Shown here: positions 12,521 through 26,540 of the stretch, piece by piece | Position numbering within the stretch: position 1 is the stretch's first letter | How the letters are laid out: each line of letters starts with the position of its first letter | Assembly: GCF_006345805.1 (NCBI RefSeq) | Contig: NW_021832528.1 | Span: 124,001-188,000, forward strand | Length of the DNA: 64,000 bases | Origin: Octopus sinensis | Taxonomy: Eukaryota | Direction of reading: 5' to 3' | The notes under the pieces: model-generated | The model's database searches: none | Told to the model about the DNA's origin: nothing | What the model saw: only the letters and a program-made list of their open reading frames with translations | Position numbers and translations under genes: made by a program

Positions 12521-14049
12521 TAAATTGATAAATTTTTCAAAAATTTAAAAAATGAACAAAAAATTTAGATTCTTGTTTTAACAACACTTTTTTATGTAAT
12601 TAAAGTTGATTGACTGTTAACCCAATCATGATTAATTTCTCCAAACTTTTGTTTTTTAACCCAAAGATGGCCTTTTCACATTCTTGTAGACAATTCATTC
12701 GAACAACCTCATTTCCGTCAGAATATTTTATAGTAGGGAATTCGGGATATTTATAGCTGGAATACCTAAACAATCACTGACGTACATACACAAGTCAATC
12801 GACTGTTTTTATTCCTCTACTGTAAATGCAGTAAGGTTCTACGTTTTGAAGCACTTTGGTATTTGAAGTAGAATTTGTTTACATATTTAGTAAATAGATC
12901 ATTGCAGATTTGTTCATATTTTTATAAATTCTACGCATTTCAGCGATACAGCAATATTTGAATAAGAATTTTATAATCGTCTAATGAGTAAGTTTCATCT
13001 TCTATTTGGAAAACACTGTCAGAATGAGGAAAAAGTTCAAATATGCTTTGGTGCTTAAATCCGATAAGAAAAGCAGTTGTATAGCCCAAAAATGCTGAAT
13101 ATATTTTTTCTCGTAACTCGCGAGTTTGGATCATCTAAAATCTTGCAGTAATTATGCATCCATAGCTGTGAGTAAAAAGGGCAACATGCACGTTATAAGT
13201 TGTTTTTCATCTGATCTAAAATGAATAAACGGTGTTCAAGACTAGCACCTAAATAATCTGACCCGAAAGTCGTAAGAAATCTCATTTAATAGTCAGACCT
13301 CTTTAATTTACCACCTCTCTGATTTGCCACTGACATTCTGTTTTTTTCTATTTTTACCATCTTTCTATTTGTACCACTTTTTCAGGTTTATTTTAATTTT
13401 TTATTAATTAATTTAGTGCTTAATTAGTGATGTTAATTACTGTCAAAACAAGTGTTTGAATTCGTTTCATGTTGCTGCACGTTGTTCTTGCGGTTCGTTA
13501 TTATATCATTGTTCTATCATTGTGCCCCAGCCAATATAAGTCTATTCTTAAACTTTAAAATCTTTAAAGCCCGGGGAATCGATTGGATTGAAAAATAAAG
13601 TAATAAACCTTATTATTTGGGTTTTTAGATGTCTTTTATCGAATATACAAAAGTCTCACTCAATCTGAAAAACACCCTGAATGAACGTGTCAGTATCAAA
13701 ATAGTCTAAGGTGACGTCCTCTGATGTACGACCTCGCCCAAATCACGTACCCTGCCGATCGTCTGCACAGCCTACTCTACTCTTTCAATAGTTATATTTG
13801 GAACATTCCTCATCAACTCTGCAAGTGGAGTTCATCAATGTGATTCTTTTTGGGGACTTTTATTCTCTCGAAATTCAAAAAACCGAAAAATCGTGTGAAA
13901 TGGATCTTAATTTATGGTCTCTGGAGGATCTAAAAAAACCCCTAAAACTATCCTGGGAACGCTCGAATCACTTTTTAAAATTTTTAAACTTGAATTCAGC
14001 TATCGTTAACATCAATACAGACGAATCTATCTTGTCCACGCTATTCCCG

Positions 14050-14390
14050 TTCAAGGGGGGACTCGCTCTCGTTTGGGACGTCACCTGTGTCGACTCGTTT
14101 TCCTCGTCATTTCTCATGGACTCTGCCTCCCGCCCTGGCTCAGCCTCCGCACATGCCGAAGCAAAAAAATAACAAAGTATGCCTCATTGGAGAACACCTG
14201 CCTTTTCGTCCCTTTGGCTTTCGGGACGAGCGGGATAATCGGCCCAAAAGCTCTGGAGTTCCTTTCGGAAATCGGCTTGATGATCTCAAGGAAGAATCAC
14301 GAGAGACGTGAGTCTAGCTGGCTTTTTCAGCGCATTTCGCTCGCGATATTGCCTGTTTATTCGCTCGTCCTCTCAATCCAAGAATTAACG
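14050..14390 (+). mobile_element. CRE-clade retrotransposon 3' fragment
   Basis: ALVWDVTCVDS..PGSASAHAE..KITKYASL..FVPLAFGTSG..WLFQRISLA. Confidence 0.8.
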
Positions 14391-14543
14391 TGGATCATTT
14401 TATTATTATTACTGTTATCTAAAAAAATCTATCTTTAAGAAGTGGAATACTGAATTCAACATACTGCTGTTTGGATGGACTTTCTCACTAACGAACTTCT
14501 TATCAATCCCAAAGCTAACCTATAAGAGACGGAACCACGCCGG

Positions 14544-14770
14544 AGGCGGAACCTGGAGGCGGAATTTTTCAAATTTTTTTTTAAAATTAAAATTGTACAC
14601 TAAAATATTTATTAAAACACTCAAATATACATTTTTTGCTCAACTTTATTTCACTTTTTCCCAAAGTGAAAAACTAACCCTAACCGTAACCCTAAACCTA
14701 AATGATTTTCCAATGAAAATTAAAACAAAAAATTATTGTTTATTAAAAATTCCGCCTCCAGGTTCCGCCT
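14544..14770. mobile_element. small MITE-like inverted-repeat element with internal telomere-like hexamers
   Basis: 25-bp perfect inverted repeat aggcggaacctggaggcggaatttt at 14544 and 14746-14770. Internal ctaaccctaaccgtaaccctaaacctaa. Confidence 0.6.
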
Positions 14771-16079
14771 TTTACCTGTCACATAGTGCTATAAAAAAAT
14801 CAATTTACTATAAGATTACGCTGAATTTATAAAAATCTGGCAGGAAGCATTCTTTGTTCTGATACACGTGCATGGTGTCAAAATATCCTAGCAATTTCTT
14901 GTAGAGATTAGTTTGGCCACTCCATTTGACTCAGCGCCCGAGGAATAGATCCTCTCGTCCAGAAAGATGATTGACATTGTTCTTTCTCAATGCAATACAT
15001 AGAGAATATTTTTTGATATTGATGCTTGGTTTGCTGCTTGTAAAAAACTGGGGCTGCCTATTTCATCTAATATTAGATGGATTAAATGAAGCCATAAACT
15101 AAAGACAGCTACTTTGCTTATAAGTAGCTTGGATGAAATTTTACCCCTGTAAGACAACTGGCTGGCTTCTGGACGACAAATCAGTGAGAATCGGAATCTG
15201 CCTCGGCTTGTCCTTTTCGGCCAAACAAAAATGTTTTTTTGGCCGAAGAATTTAGCCAACATTCCCTCTCATGTCGCAGCAGAATTTGACGCTTCTCACG
15301 ACACGCCGAACTAAACCAGATTGTCTGTCGGTCTCTCTGAAGATCGACTTTCAACTGAATCATGCAGGGATCTTTGCCGAAGACGGGAGAAGATCTGACA
15401 GGATGAAAACGTTTCCATTTCTAAGATGTCTATTCTGGGAAGTCATTTACGTAAACTTCTATTTTCCCCAGAACATAAAATCGGAGGATTGGCTCGATAA
15501 TAGATAAAGTAATCGGGGACCTATCTGAGCACCGGTATTTAGACGAACGAATCTCTTTGGCTATAAACAGGACTAATGCCCTCCTATCCGCCAATAAACA
15601 TTTTCTGGTTCGATGAAATTAAGTCACGTTAATAAAGCTCCTAAGAAATATATAATTTTATCTTTTGGGTTTTAGTCATAAATTCTTTTAGTGATTTAAA
15701 TAATAATAATAATAATATCGCGAAAGATTTAATATTAAACCAAAAACAAAAATTAAAACAAAAATTAATTGATATTCTCTCTTCTCTTAGGGGAACTACT
15801 CCGTTGACCGGTCATGTCTTGACACCTCTCCTCTTCGTATTGCAGTAAGAAAGCAGACTCCTCTGGCAAGTCAACTGACACTCCCAGTTCTTCTCCTCTA
15901 GCGATAAGACTATCCGTTTCCTTCTCAATTTGGTAGTTGTCGACCTTCATGCCATGTTTGTATTCAACGACCATGCTCTCCAGGGTTTTCTTGATTGTCA
16001 CTGATTGAATGTACGCGAAATATACATAATCGATATAAACTTGGGTGATTATTCAAATTTTTATATTTCATCAGTCGTT

Positions 16080-16840
16080 CATCTTATAACTCATCTGTGC
16101 CTTCCACTCTCAAACCCTCAGAAGAAGAAATTAGAATTTCATTCAAATTATTCGGGAAGAGCAGCTGCAGCGGACTCGATGGATTACGCCCGGGCCATAT
16201 CAAGGACCTCTCTTCGACTGGAGAGGCAGGCAATACCCTGATATCTGCTATAACCCCTCTAGTCGGTAGGATATTGAGCGGTGAGATCTCCCACTTTGCG
16301 AGGAACATGGTCTTCTCGGCACATCTATTTGCATTAAGCAGTTGGAAATTACTTCCGCCGCTTAAAGCCTTTCTTTTCTAACGGAGCACTTAGTTCTCTC
16401 CACGTAGCTATGAAGCTATATTTACGCAACGCAATCGCCCAGTTGGTTTTGCTTTTTTACGGAGAAGAAAGCACGCTTATCTTTGGGAACCAAGTCGTTT
16501 ACTCACGGACAGGAATTCAGTAGGGCGACCCACTCGGGAAGCTTTTCTTTGTCCTCGCAATCGATGATGCCGTACACTCCTTAAACTCTACTTTCAATTT
16601 ATGGTAATGGGATGATGAACTTTTGAATATCAACTATCCTCAGGAAAATTTTCTCGATTTGAGAAAATAAATAACCGATCTCATCTCCGGAGTTCAGACT
16701 ACCATGCCGAAACTGCTATACACGATCCGCTGCGTGCCATGCTACTCTCATCCTGACATGTTATCCTCCATGGAAACCTTCCTCAACGGGCTCTTTTTGG
16801 ATGACGAGACTTTCCGGATTTGAGTTGCTCTCCGGTTTTT
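16080..16840 (+). mobile_element. CRE-clade reverse transcriptase fragment (degenerate)
   Basis: SCSGLDGLRPGHIKDL, then GIQ*GDPLGKLFFVLAIDD and later LNGLFLDDETFRI. Confidence 0.75.
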
Positions 16841-17248
16841 GTTAAGCTAGAAAATTGTCGAATGATGCTTAGTTGCATTAAAAACAATCGAAAACATACT
16901 AAATAAGGAACGGAGAAAAGAAAAACAACATTATTAAATTATCTAACGGTTTTTACAAAAAATGTGCTTAAATAAAAACTTATTTTCTTTATTTTGACAA
17001 TAAATAGCAAACTAATTAAAAAAGAAGATAAGAGGACATTCAAGCTTTAAACCTCCTTTCTTATCACTTCTCTTTTTTGCAACTATTTTGGTTGGTCCGG
17101 TTGGTGGCAATAAATAGAGGGCTGATTGCATTTATAAAACTAGTTTCAAAAATTTAGAACTGTAGGAAATGGTAAAAAATATCCAAATTAGGATATTAAT
17201 GGCGTTTATATTCCCAGAATAAATGGGCACTAAAATCGTGATTCAATT

Positions 17249-18862
17249 ATGTTTAAAACATTATTTATTTTTGTCATCAGCTGTCTATTTTCATCTCTTT
17301 CTGTCAAGATTTCTGTACAGGTCAAAAGAGCCTTTCAGACACAAGTCAAATTGTACAAACAACAGTTGGAACTGATCAATCTAACTCGTAACTTTTCTCA
17401 CATTGTACATCTCATGTACGTGGGGCCCTACATTGGTGAATGTCTGTAATGATTTTTAGCTCATCAAAAGTTCAACCCATTCGACCCCCGTGTCGGAGAT
17501 GGAATCGATCTCATCAAAAATTTTTCCAGTATAATCAAAAACACGACTGGAAATCTTAAAGACATGCTCTTGGCTGAAATTGAAGATCACAAAGTTCTTA
17601 AAAAATCCAAATCTTTTATCGAGAATTCACTAACTTACAAAATTGGACTTTTTGCAGGAAAAGCAGCCCACAAAACAGCTCGATGGCACTTTTCAAAATA
17701 CAAATTGGACTCATGTCCCAATCCAAGGACAGCTTTTCCCGCCAATACAGTTGATCAAATCTTTACTCTTGTTAGTATTTTATATTCATTTATAGCTGGA
17801 AGACAATTGTAGAAATTCAGCTCTGAATTGTTTGATTTTCATGTCGACCTTACTTTCGATGCGAGAAGTAAACAGCTACAAAACTTATCGTCAAATATTT
17901 TCACTTTTTGACCTTTCAAATCCCAAATTGGATAAAGATAGCTTAAAGAAATTCTTCGATCTCCAGGATTCTCTATTTGCTTCAGCACGAGAGAGAAATG
18001 TTTCCATGACTTATTCAGAAGAATTTAAGGTTATTGTTAATCCATCATTTTAGTTGCTTGTCCGAGCTCGTTACTACCTGTGTTGGTACACGATAAGAAA
18101 CGACGAGGCAATGCGGATGCCTTCCTCTGAGTTTTGTTCGCTAATTTTTGCGGAAGACGAACATCTTCGAGTTGGAGATTTTCGAATCAAACCAGAAAAT
18201 GAATTTTCATGTGCAGAACGGTGGTTCTGTCCCGACATTTGTTATGGGACCATCGAACCAAAAGTACTCGAGGACGAGGAAAGAGTTCTCAGTTTAGAAA
18301 ATGACTTGTGTGGGTATATTTATTCCTTCATTCCAGAAATAACGAATACGACGAACACTACATTGATACAGCCCACGAAATGTATGCATATATTCTAATC
18401 TGGTCAAAGTATTAGGAAACATCGTGCTTGCAGTCTCCAATACAACCCAGAAATTAACCTGGAGAATATTATTAGCAATAAATTGACTCATACCTGCGAA
18501 TGTGAGAAAGGTTTTAAATGGAATAAAAATGTATTAATGTCTTTTATACGTAGATCCATGCATGTTTTGACATTGATGAATGCTCGACTAATCTCCACGA
18601 TTGTCCATTGGGGAAAATATGTCGAAACACGAATGGGTCGTACATTTGTGTCTGTCCTTTTGGGTTTTTGATTGATCCTATCAGTGGGGATTGCATTCTC
18701 GCCTCAGGGCTGGAAAAACATCAAATCCACGAGTTTCCTGCCGCTCCGCCTATTTTGTACTTCAATGACGAAGAAAATCTTTCGCTCTTTGAGAATTTAT
18801 TGATTCTCACTGGAATAAGGGATTTTCTGGAGTCTCTTGACTTTTTGTATACAAAAACTTAA
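17249..18862 (+). CDS. predicted secreted protein with C-terminal calcium-binding EGF domain (multi-exon)
   Basis: Hydrophobic N-terminus MFKTLFIFVISCLFSSL. CECEKGFKW, a 23-nt intron, then CFDIDECSTNLHDCPLGKICRNTNGSYICVCPFGF. Linking all upstream ORFs into one gene is inferred. Confidence 0.6.
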
Positions 18863-20689
18863 TACTTTGAGTTAAATAAAATCTGAAATTTAACAGTAAA
18901 AAATGTAAATTATGCGATGCAGATAAATTTGTTTATTCAAGTTTAAAACGTTGATCGTTTCAAAAAAAACTCTCGTTCATCGGTTTTTTCGGAAAACATA
19001 GAACTAATTTTATTACATACAACCAACTTTCTAATTAATTTTTTTTCTGAAAAACGAAAAAGATTAATTTTATGATTGAATTTTTTATGTTAATGGAAAC
19101 AGGGATAGTTTCGAACAATCTTGTCAAATTATTAGTTATATTTGAGCGAGGGAAGATTGGTTGCCTCTTTGAACACATCGATTCAATTAAATTAACTACT
19201 CTACTAATCTAAATCTTCAAGACACACTATTTGATCCGATTCAGCGACACGCAAAACTCTCAAGTTTGTTCCAACAGCATTTTTCTCCGGTGCAGAAACA
19301 CTAACAAGTTTGACAAGACGTTGCTGGGATTTTTGATACGACAAGCAAACAAGGCATGGGAACGATAGACAAGACTGGGTGACATGGCTTTGTGAATAAC
19401 AAGAATTCGTAACGTCGTGTCCTCGCATATAAACGTATTAATGTCGGTATTGGATTGTGGATATTGAAATGTATTCAAAGCGGATTAATATTAAGCGGAT
19501 ATTAAGCTTAATGACCTTCAAAAAATTTAAAAAATAAAATTGTAAGGTTAATTTTTTTCAACTTTATATTTTTCATTATTTCAACAAAAAGTCAAGACTA
19601 ATTAAAATGATGCTCCAGAGAATGAGATATCATCCTTACTTGACAACATTTGAACATGCTGAATTGCGAACAGTGTCTAGCAGGTGTGTAGAGCGTGATC
19701 AAAGTATTGCTATGCAGATCTCTACAATGACCCCCATCATCCTGAAATAAAAGGTCCATTTGCCAACAAGACATCTCCACAACGGGTATCACGAAGCCCA
19801 AGAAGAGAATAGTCATTGCACCCGAGAATACACAGTATGCGAACATATTGTCTACAATATTAAAAAGAGAGGCTAGAGGTGACTGCATTGATGATCATTA
19901 TCAACAGGGCGATTTCATATCATCAGATAGGGGTGATGACAATTCCATTCTTTGATGAGAATGAAAACTATGTTTAACGAAGTGCTCAAAAAGGCATTTT
20001 GTTAACTTCACAGGTTGTCCAAGGAACATAAAACTTCCCTTGGTAAGGATTTTTCGATGATATAATAGATAGTTTGACAACATATCGCCAGCAAAAATTA
20101 GATGAATAAGAATTGATATCTGAAATTTGAAAGTGACTAAGGCCTGTTTGAAATGTGACATTCCACTAACAAAATTATCGATGCCTTTGTTTATTCAAAT
20201 GCAACCAGATTTCACTTCCTTCATAATCATAAGCTAAAAATTGTGCTAAATATATTGCTAATAAATATATGGATTCTTTCATGATCTAATTCGAGTATTC
20301 CATCAAATTTTATTAAAAAGAAAACCCTTGAGATTGATTCTTATAAAAACAGAGTTGAACTGTGGGAAAGAACGCTTGAACTGGACAAAAGAATAAGCAA
20401 GATGTATCACCAAATTAGTATTTCTTAAGGTCCGCCCCTGCTTGTCAGTACCTCGAAAGGAAAGAGGTAAACATGTCTATATGAATTAATTTGCAAATAG
20501 AGGATATAGCGACCGGAAGAAGTTTAATATTTTGATTTGAAGTTTAATACATTTATTTATTTGAAAAAAATAATCATTGAAAACAAGTCTAGTGAAATGA
20601 AGAGTAATGAAGTGATGGATGTCTTGAAAAGTGAAGCAATTGCAAGGATTAAGAAGCTTGCTAATACAAAGCTAAATTCTGGAAATTTC

Positions 20690-21560
20690 TTTAAATCAGT
20701 TAACGAATATGCACTATCGATTTATAATTATTATTCATCCCAAAATGTACAGACATTTATTTCTAGTAAACATAATTGGGCTTTGACGGTCACAACAACA
20801 TTTCTAGAAGCCAATATACCTTTATATAAACTGATGCATCTTTCCATAATACGTTTGTTTCAAAATGATACCTTTACTCTCCCTTCAGAATCTACATGCA
20901 GGTCGTGTGTCAAAGAAATCGTTACAGATAAAATTAATCAAATTATGAATTCCTTAAGGTTTTGTTTTAAAGTAAATTGTAGTGGCGTATATGTTTCCAT
21001 GGTCATTGATGAGGATCAAATTAATGGGTCACGTTTTTTGGTATCTTTGATGGGGAATATAGAATTTCCGAAAAAACTATATTTAAAATCCTGCAAAAAG
21101 TTAGACGATCCACCCACTGCTTCTAAAATTTGCGTTGAAGTCGATGAATTGATTAAAGATATGAACATTCACCGTGATAAATTTGTTTTGTTGGTTTCAA
21201 ATGCAGCAAGGTGGTAAAAATTTAATTAATTTTTTAGCTGGAATATCATTAAAAATGATTTATCCAAATCTTTTTCATATAACATGCGTATCTCATTTGC
21301 TTCATAATTGTGCTTTAAGAATAAAGTCACATTTTGGAGATATGGATGAATTAATTTCAAGAATCAAGGCGGCAATAGTAAAAAATAGGGGACGGAAAGA
21401 AATGTTTTCAAAAATTGGGCAACCACCTGATGTGGTTGTCACAAGATGGGGTAGCTGGCTATCAGCAGCTAAATATTATTCCGAAAATCTTCCTGAAGTC
21501 ATTAAAATTGTATCAAATTTTAGTGGAGACGGAATATTAGTTAATAAGGTGAAAACTAAT
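20690..21560 (+). mobile_element. hAT/CGGBP-like transposase remnant
   Basis: FLEANIPLYK, LPSESTCR, HITCVSHLLHN, PDVVVTRWGSWL. Preceded at 20537-20690 by an RTE-like scrap (TKLNSGNFFKSVNEYAL). Confidence 0.7.
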
Positions 21561-22060
21561 ATGATCGTTGGTTTGGGATTCAACGTGTGTTGACACCCAT
21601 TCCAAAACTAATATGATCTCTTCTGCTGTTTCTCCAGGTTCTGCAGCAGATGCTGCAGAGCAAAGAAAAATTGCCAAATACGCAAATCTTGGACAACGGT
21701 ACCGCTTCGTACCTATCGCTGTGGAGACTTCTGGAATAACCGGCCCTCTTACGACTTCTTTCATCAGAGAAGTCGGAGGAAAAGTTGCTAGGCGACGTGG
21801 GGAGCCTCGAGAAGTGTCATGGTTATTCCAACAAATTGGAATAGCTGTCGTTCGCGGCAATGCACACTCCATCATGCGTGCAACCGCAAGTGCCTTTTAA
21901 TCATTGACTAGCTTATTTCAATAATTAAAAATAAGGTGAATATTTATATAATAAAGCAGAGGACATCAAGAAGAAGAAATATGATGGGCTCACCGATCGT
22001 TACGTTTTCCGGCCGGTTGCTGTCGAAACCCTGGGATTGATTGGGAAGGAGTCGTCCTTT
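21560..22060 (+). mobile_element. two head-to-tail CRE-clade 3' fragments
   Basis: VWDSTCVD..KIAKYANL..VPIAVETSG..LFQQIGIAVVRGNA*, followed at about 21957 by a second piece KKKYDGLTDRYVFRPVAVETLG. Confidence 0.8.
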
Positions 22061-22069
22061 AAAAGTATA

Positions 22070-22300
22070 AGCATTTTTTATTGTAGATTGGAGATATAAA
22101 TCACCATGTTTTTGCTTCTTGTCCTAATGAACGGTTTCAGATAGATCTTATAGACTTAAAAAGATTTTCAACTGTTAATCATGATTTTAAATGGATTTTA
22201 ACGGTCATTGATGTCTATAGCAGGTTTGTTAGTTAAAACAATCTTTATAGATTTGCCTTCGCCAGGCCTCTTTATAATAAGTCAGGCAAGGAAGTATCTA
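22070..22300 (+). mobile_element. Ginger/KRBA2-like integrase fragment with a 27-nt intron
   Basis: ERFQIDLIDLKRFS..FKWILTVIDVYSR, intron gtttgttagttaaaacaatctttatag, then FAFARPLYNKSGKEV. Confidence 0.7.
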
Positions 22301-24085
22301 TAAAAGAAGAAGCGACATTGTTGGATGCTGTCAAGATTTATGGAAAGGATTTTGATCATATTTCAACAATTTTACATGAGAATCAACGTTCAGCTTCGGC
22401 AATAAAAAGAAAATGGGAAAAGATGTCATGTGATAAAAAGTTGTTAGAAAAAGTGTCCAAATATTTATGGAAAGGATTTTGATCATATTTCAACAATTTT
22501 ACATGAGAATCAACGTTCAGCTTCGGCAATAAAAAGAAAATGGGAAAAGATGTCATGTGATAAAAAGTTGTTAGAAAAAGTTTCAAAATATTTATGGAAA
22601 GGATTTTGATCATATTTCAACAATTTTACATGAGAATCAACGTTCAGCTTCGGCAATAAAAAGAAAATGGGAAAAGATGTCATGTGATAAAAAGTTGTTA
22701 GAAAAAGTGTCCAAATATTTATGGAAAGGATTTTGATCATATTTCAACAATTTTACATGAGAATCAACGTTCAGCTTCGGCAATAAAAAGAAAATGGGGG
22801 AAAAGATGTCATGTGATAAAAAGTTGTTAGAAAAAGTGTCCAAATATTTATGGAAAGGATTTTGATCATATTTCAACAATTTTACATGAGAATCAACGTT
22901 CAGCTTCGGCAATAAAGAGAAAATGGGAAAAGATGTCATGTGATAAAAAGTTGTTAGAAAAAGTTTCAAAATATTTATGGAAAGGATTTTGATCATATTT
23001 CAACAATTTTACATGAGAATCAACGTTCAGCTTCGGCAATAAAGAGAAAATGGGAAAAGATGTCATGTGATAAAAAGTTGTTAGAAAAAGTTTCAAAATA
23101 TTTATGGAAAGGATTTTTTTTCATATTTCAACATTTTACATGAGAATCAACGTTCAGCTTCGGCAATAAAAAGAAAATGGGAAAAGATGTCATGTGATAA
23201 AAAGTTGTTAGAAAAAGTGTCCAAATATTTATGGAAAGGATTTTGATCATATTTCAACAATTTTACATGAGAATCAACGTTCAGCTTCGGCAATAAAGAG
23301 AAAATGGGAAAAGATGTCATGTGATAAAAAGTTGTTAGAAAAAGTTTCAAAATATTTATGGAAAGGATTTTGATCATATTTCAACAATTTTACATGAGAA
23401 TCAACGTTCAGCTTCGGCAATAAAAAGAAAATGGGAAAAGATGTCATGTGATAAAAAGTTGTTAGAAAAAGTGTCCAAATATTTATGGAAAGGATTTTGA
23501 TCATATTCAACAATTTTACATGAGAATCAACGTTCAGCTTCGGCAATAAAGAGAAAATGGGAAAAGATGTCATGTGATAAAAAGTTGTTAGAAAAAGTTT
23601 CAAAATATTTATGGAAAGGATTTTGATCATATTCAACAATTTTACATGAGAATCAACGTTCAGCTTCGGCAATAAAAAGAAAATGGGAAAAGATGTCATG
23701 TGATAAAAAGTTGTTAGAAAAGTGTCCAAATATTTATGGAAGGATTTTGATCATATTTCAACAATTTTACATGAGAATCAACGTTCAGCTTCGGCAATAA
23801 AAAGAAAATGGGAAAAGATGTCATGTGATAAAAAGTTGTTAGAAAAAGTGTCCAAATATTTATGGAAAGGATTTTGATCATATTTCAACAATTTTACATG
23901 AGAATCAACGTTCAGCTTCGGCAATAAAGAGAAAATGGGAAAAGATGTCATGTGATAAAAAGTTGTTAGAAAAAGTTTCAAAATATTTATGGAAAGGATT
24001 TTGATCATATTTCAACAATTTTACATGAGAATCAACGTTCAGCTTCGGCAATAAAAAGAAAATGGGAAAAGATGTCATGTGATAA
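22300..24085 (+). repeat. 127-bp tandem repeat (about 14 units) derived from a Myb/SANT coding segment
   Basis: The lead-in plus first unit reads EEATLLDAVKIYGKDFDHISTILHENQRSASAIKRKWEKM. The 127-bp period is seen directly. Confidence 0.9.
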
Positions 24086-24427
24086 AAAGTTGTTGGTTGC
24101 TGCAATATAAAAAATTATATTATAAGGTTGTTGTTGCACGTTGTTGTAGTGCAACTTCTCCGCCGCCTCCGGCAAATCCCGCACAGAATCCCAAAGGCTG
24201 CTCGTATCCCAGCTGCTTCCTCTTTTTTCATTATAATAACACATTTTTTACAAGCAATCAACAGAATGATTCTTTCTTTAATTTAATTGATTTGGTAATT
24301 ATTAATGTGAGTTGAACTACGAATCCGAGCAAAAAGAGGATTTGTGCTAATTTTAAACAAAATCGAGGAACAAATAGACGAGCACTAGACGCGACTTTGA
24401 CACCTGTCATCAACGTGTCAGTCTAAT

Positions 24428-24985
24428 TTACTCGTCATTGTGTTTACGAACATTGAAGAAATGAAAAATTTTGCTCGAGGGATTCATGAGGCCAATCATT
24501 GCGGACACAATGCTTTGGAAGCTCTTTCTAGGAAAAGATTTTATACAATAAAAAGAGAGATCATTCGGGAAGTTGGACTCTTGACTCTGATATTGATTCG
24601 GCCCTCGCTTTTTGGAAACGCAATTTCTCTGAAGTCCCTTCCGATGTCTTTTCTCAGCGAGACTGGGACAAAATTCTTTGCCGTCGATCTTCAACTGACT
24701 TGGAACCAAAATCTCGACCAGGAGACAAAAATCCTTATCAGGAAAAGAAACTTTTTTAAAAAGAATCCAATTTCTATTCCTGGAGGAAGACAAGAAATAA
24801 AGAACCTAAATGATACAATTTCTAAGAAACTGAAAGCATCCCAAAGAAGAAGATGGGAAAAACAAATCAAAACGCTTGATAAGGAAAAATCTACCCAACA
24901 CATGTGGAACACACTCAAAAAATTCAGGCCCGCCAACTATTGCAAAGACAAAATCGAAGAACAAATAAATAAAATTATGTTATAA
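24428..24985 (+). mobile_element. LINE endonuclease/RT linker remnant
   Basis: ILIRKRN..EIKNLN..KRRWEKQIKTLD..MWNTLKKF resembles the EN-RT linker of Jockey/L2-type ORF2. Confidence 0.4.
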
Positions 24986-25339
24986 AATTATAAGGAATAT
25001 AAATTTTAATTAAAAATAGGATAAAATTCAATAAATAAAAATGAATCAAAAATTTCAAAATAAATGGAATGAACAGATTGAAGGAATAAACTCACAAATA
25101 TTACAAAATGATGAAATTTCAGATAATTTAACCATTAAAAGAAACTACATCTCGGAATATTTCTTCTGAATCCATTTAAATAAAAAAATAAAGATCGATC
25201 AAATAATGTAACAGGACAACAAGGAATGTAACAGCGTGCTTACACGTGCCATAATTTATTAGGTTTTCAATTAATAATTGGATAACCAAAAATTAAGATA
25301 ATTTATTAATAAAAAAACATTATTTTAATTAAAACACAA

Positions 25340-26540
25340 TTCTACCTTGTCGCTTATAAACAGTGTAAATAACAACGCGCATATCTCAATGATGCTCCAG
25401 ATAGCTGAAATAATGATACAAAGTGCAATCAAATAAGACAATACAACCAGCTACATAACCAAAATTGGAGAGCCTGACAATCGACTGTTTTGTTTGTTTT
25501 TTCATAATTTAAAAAAACAAAATAAACTTCATTCATTAATTTTCTCGTGATCAAATTCATTTAAAGAATTTTTAGTGTGACAATTTTGTAAATTTTTAAT
25601 TTTTTTAAACTTGCTTTTCATTCATCGAGCAAAAAGAAACATCCAAATAACTGTAAGAATTACCAAATGAAAACAATTGGATCCAAAACCAACCTATATC
25701 TAAAAAAATGTCCACTGAAAATAATAGAAATAAAAGTTGAATATCTAGGAAATATTTACATTTGGGCTAGATCATTTGCGTGAGCGTATACTGTTTTCTA
25801 ATAAGAGAGCGTACGGCTTCGTTAATGTAAGGAAACAAAATAATGCCCATAACAGGTGCTAATAAATGGATAGATAACTGAATTGTGCAGAGTGTAAAAC
25901 AAAAATTAAGGGCAAAAATAAAAACCATAAAAAATTCTGACAATTTAATCGATAAGTGGAATGACGCCTTCTCTACGAATATGTGTCCTTATAGCATTAC
26001 GAATAATCCATGTTGAATCCTGTTAGTGTCGTTCATAAGCTATGACTTTTTTGTAAATAGTCTTTAACCTGGAATAGAGATTCAATTTTAACATTTTTTA
26101 CATTAATTTTGACAAAATTGGCCGTTTGTGCACCCTTCGTTGTTTCCAAATCTTGCGAGCCGGTTTTGTCTGATGTTCGATTAATTAGAAACTTTGTCTG
26201 ATTTCATGTGTAAAAAATTATAATTATTTTTGTGAGTATATTTTGACAAATATTTTTATAACATATACACATAAGGACTTTTTCTAATCGGTTAAATCAA
26301 GATGAGAGCTAATAAAAATAATTTTATTAATCAGGTTAATGGAATCCCAATCGTACAATTGATTTTTTCTGCATTTCTGTAGAAACTCCGTATTTTCTCC
26401 CGAGTTAGATTTGCCAGAGAATATTCTAACGCATTTTGTAATAATAGTGCTCGAAATTTGGTCAATGTTTATTTTTTTAATATTTTCCAGACTATTCCTC
26501 GAAATTCGTCCTCTTTGCTGCATTTTGTAAATAATCAATC
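25340..26540 (-). CDS. possible MFS-type membrane transporter (fragmented, model uncertain)
   Basis: Several hydrophobic stretches in short exons, for example LAPVMGIILFPYINEAVRSLI and SYLIALCIIISAIWSIIEI. No complete model could be built. Confidence 0.3.

Noticed and set aside
15765-16001. Isolated 78-aa ORF, and the ORFs at 19204-20161
   Set aside because: No motif was recognised and there is no supporting gene structure, so they were left uncalled.
22383-24244. Repeated minus-strand ORFs (MIKILSIN...) as genes
   Set aside because: They are antisense read-throughs of the 127-bp repeat. The recognisable coding signal is on the plus strand.
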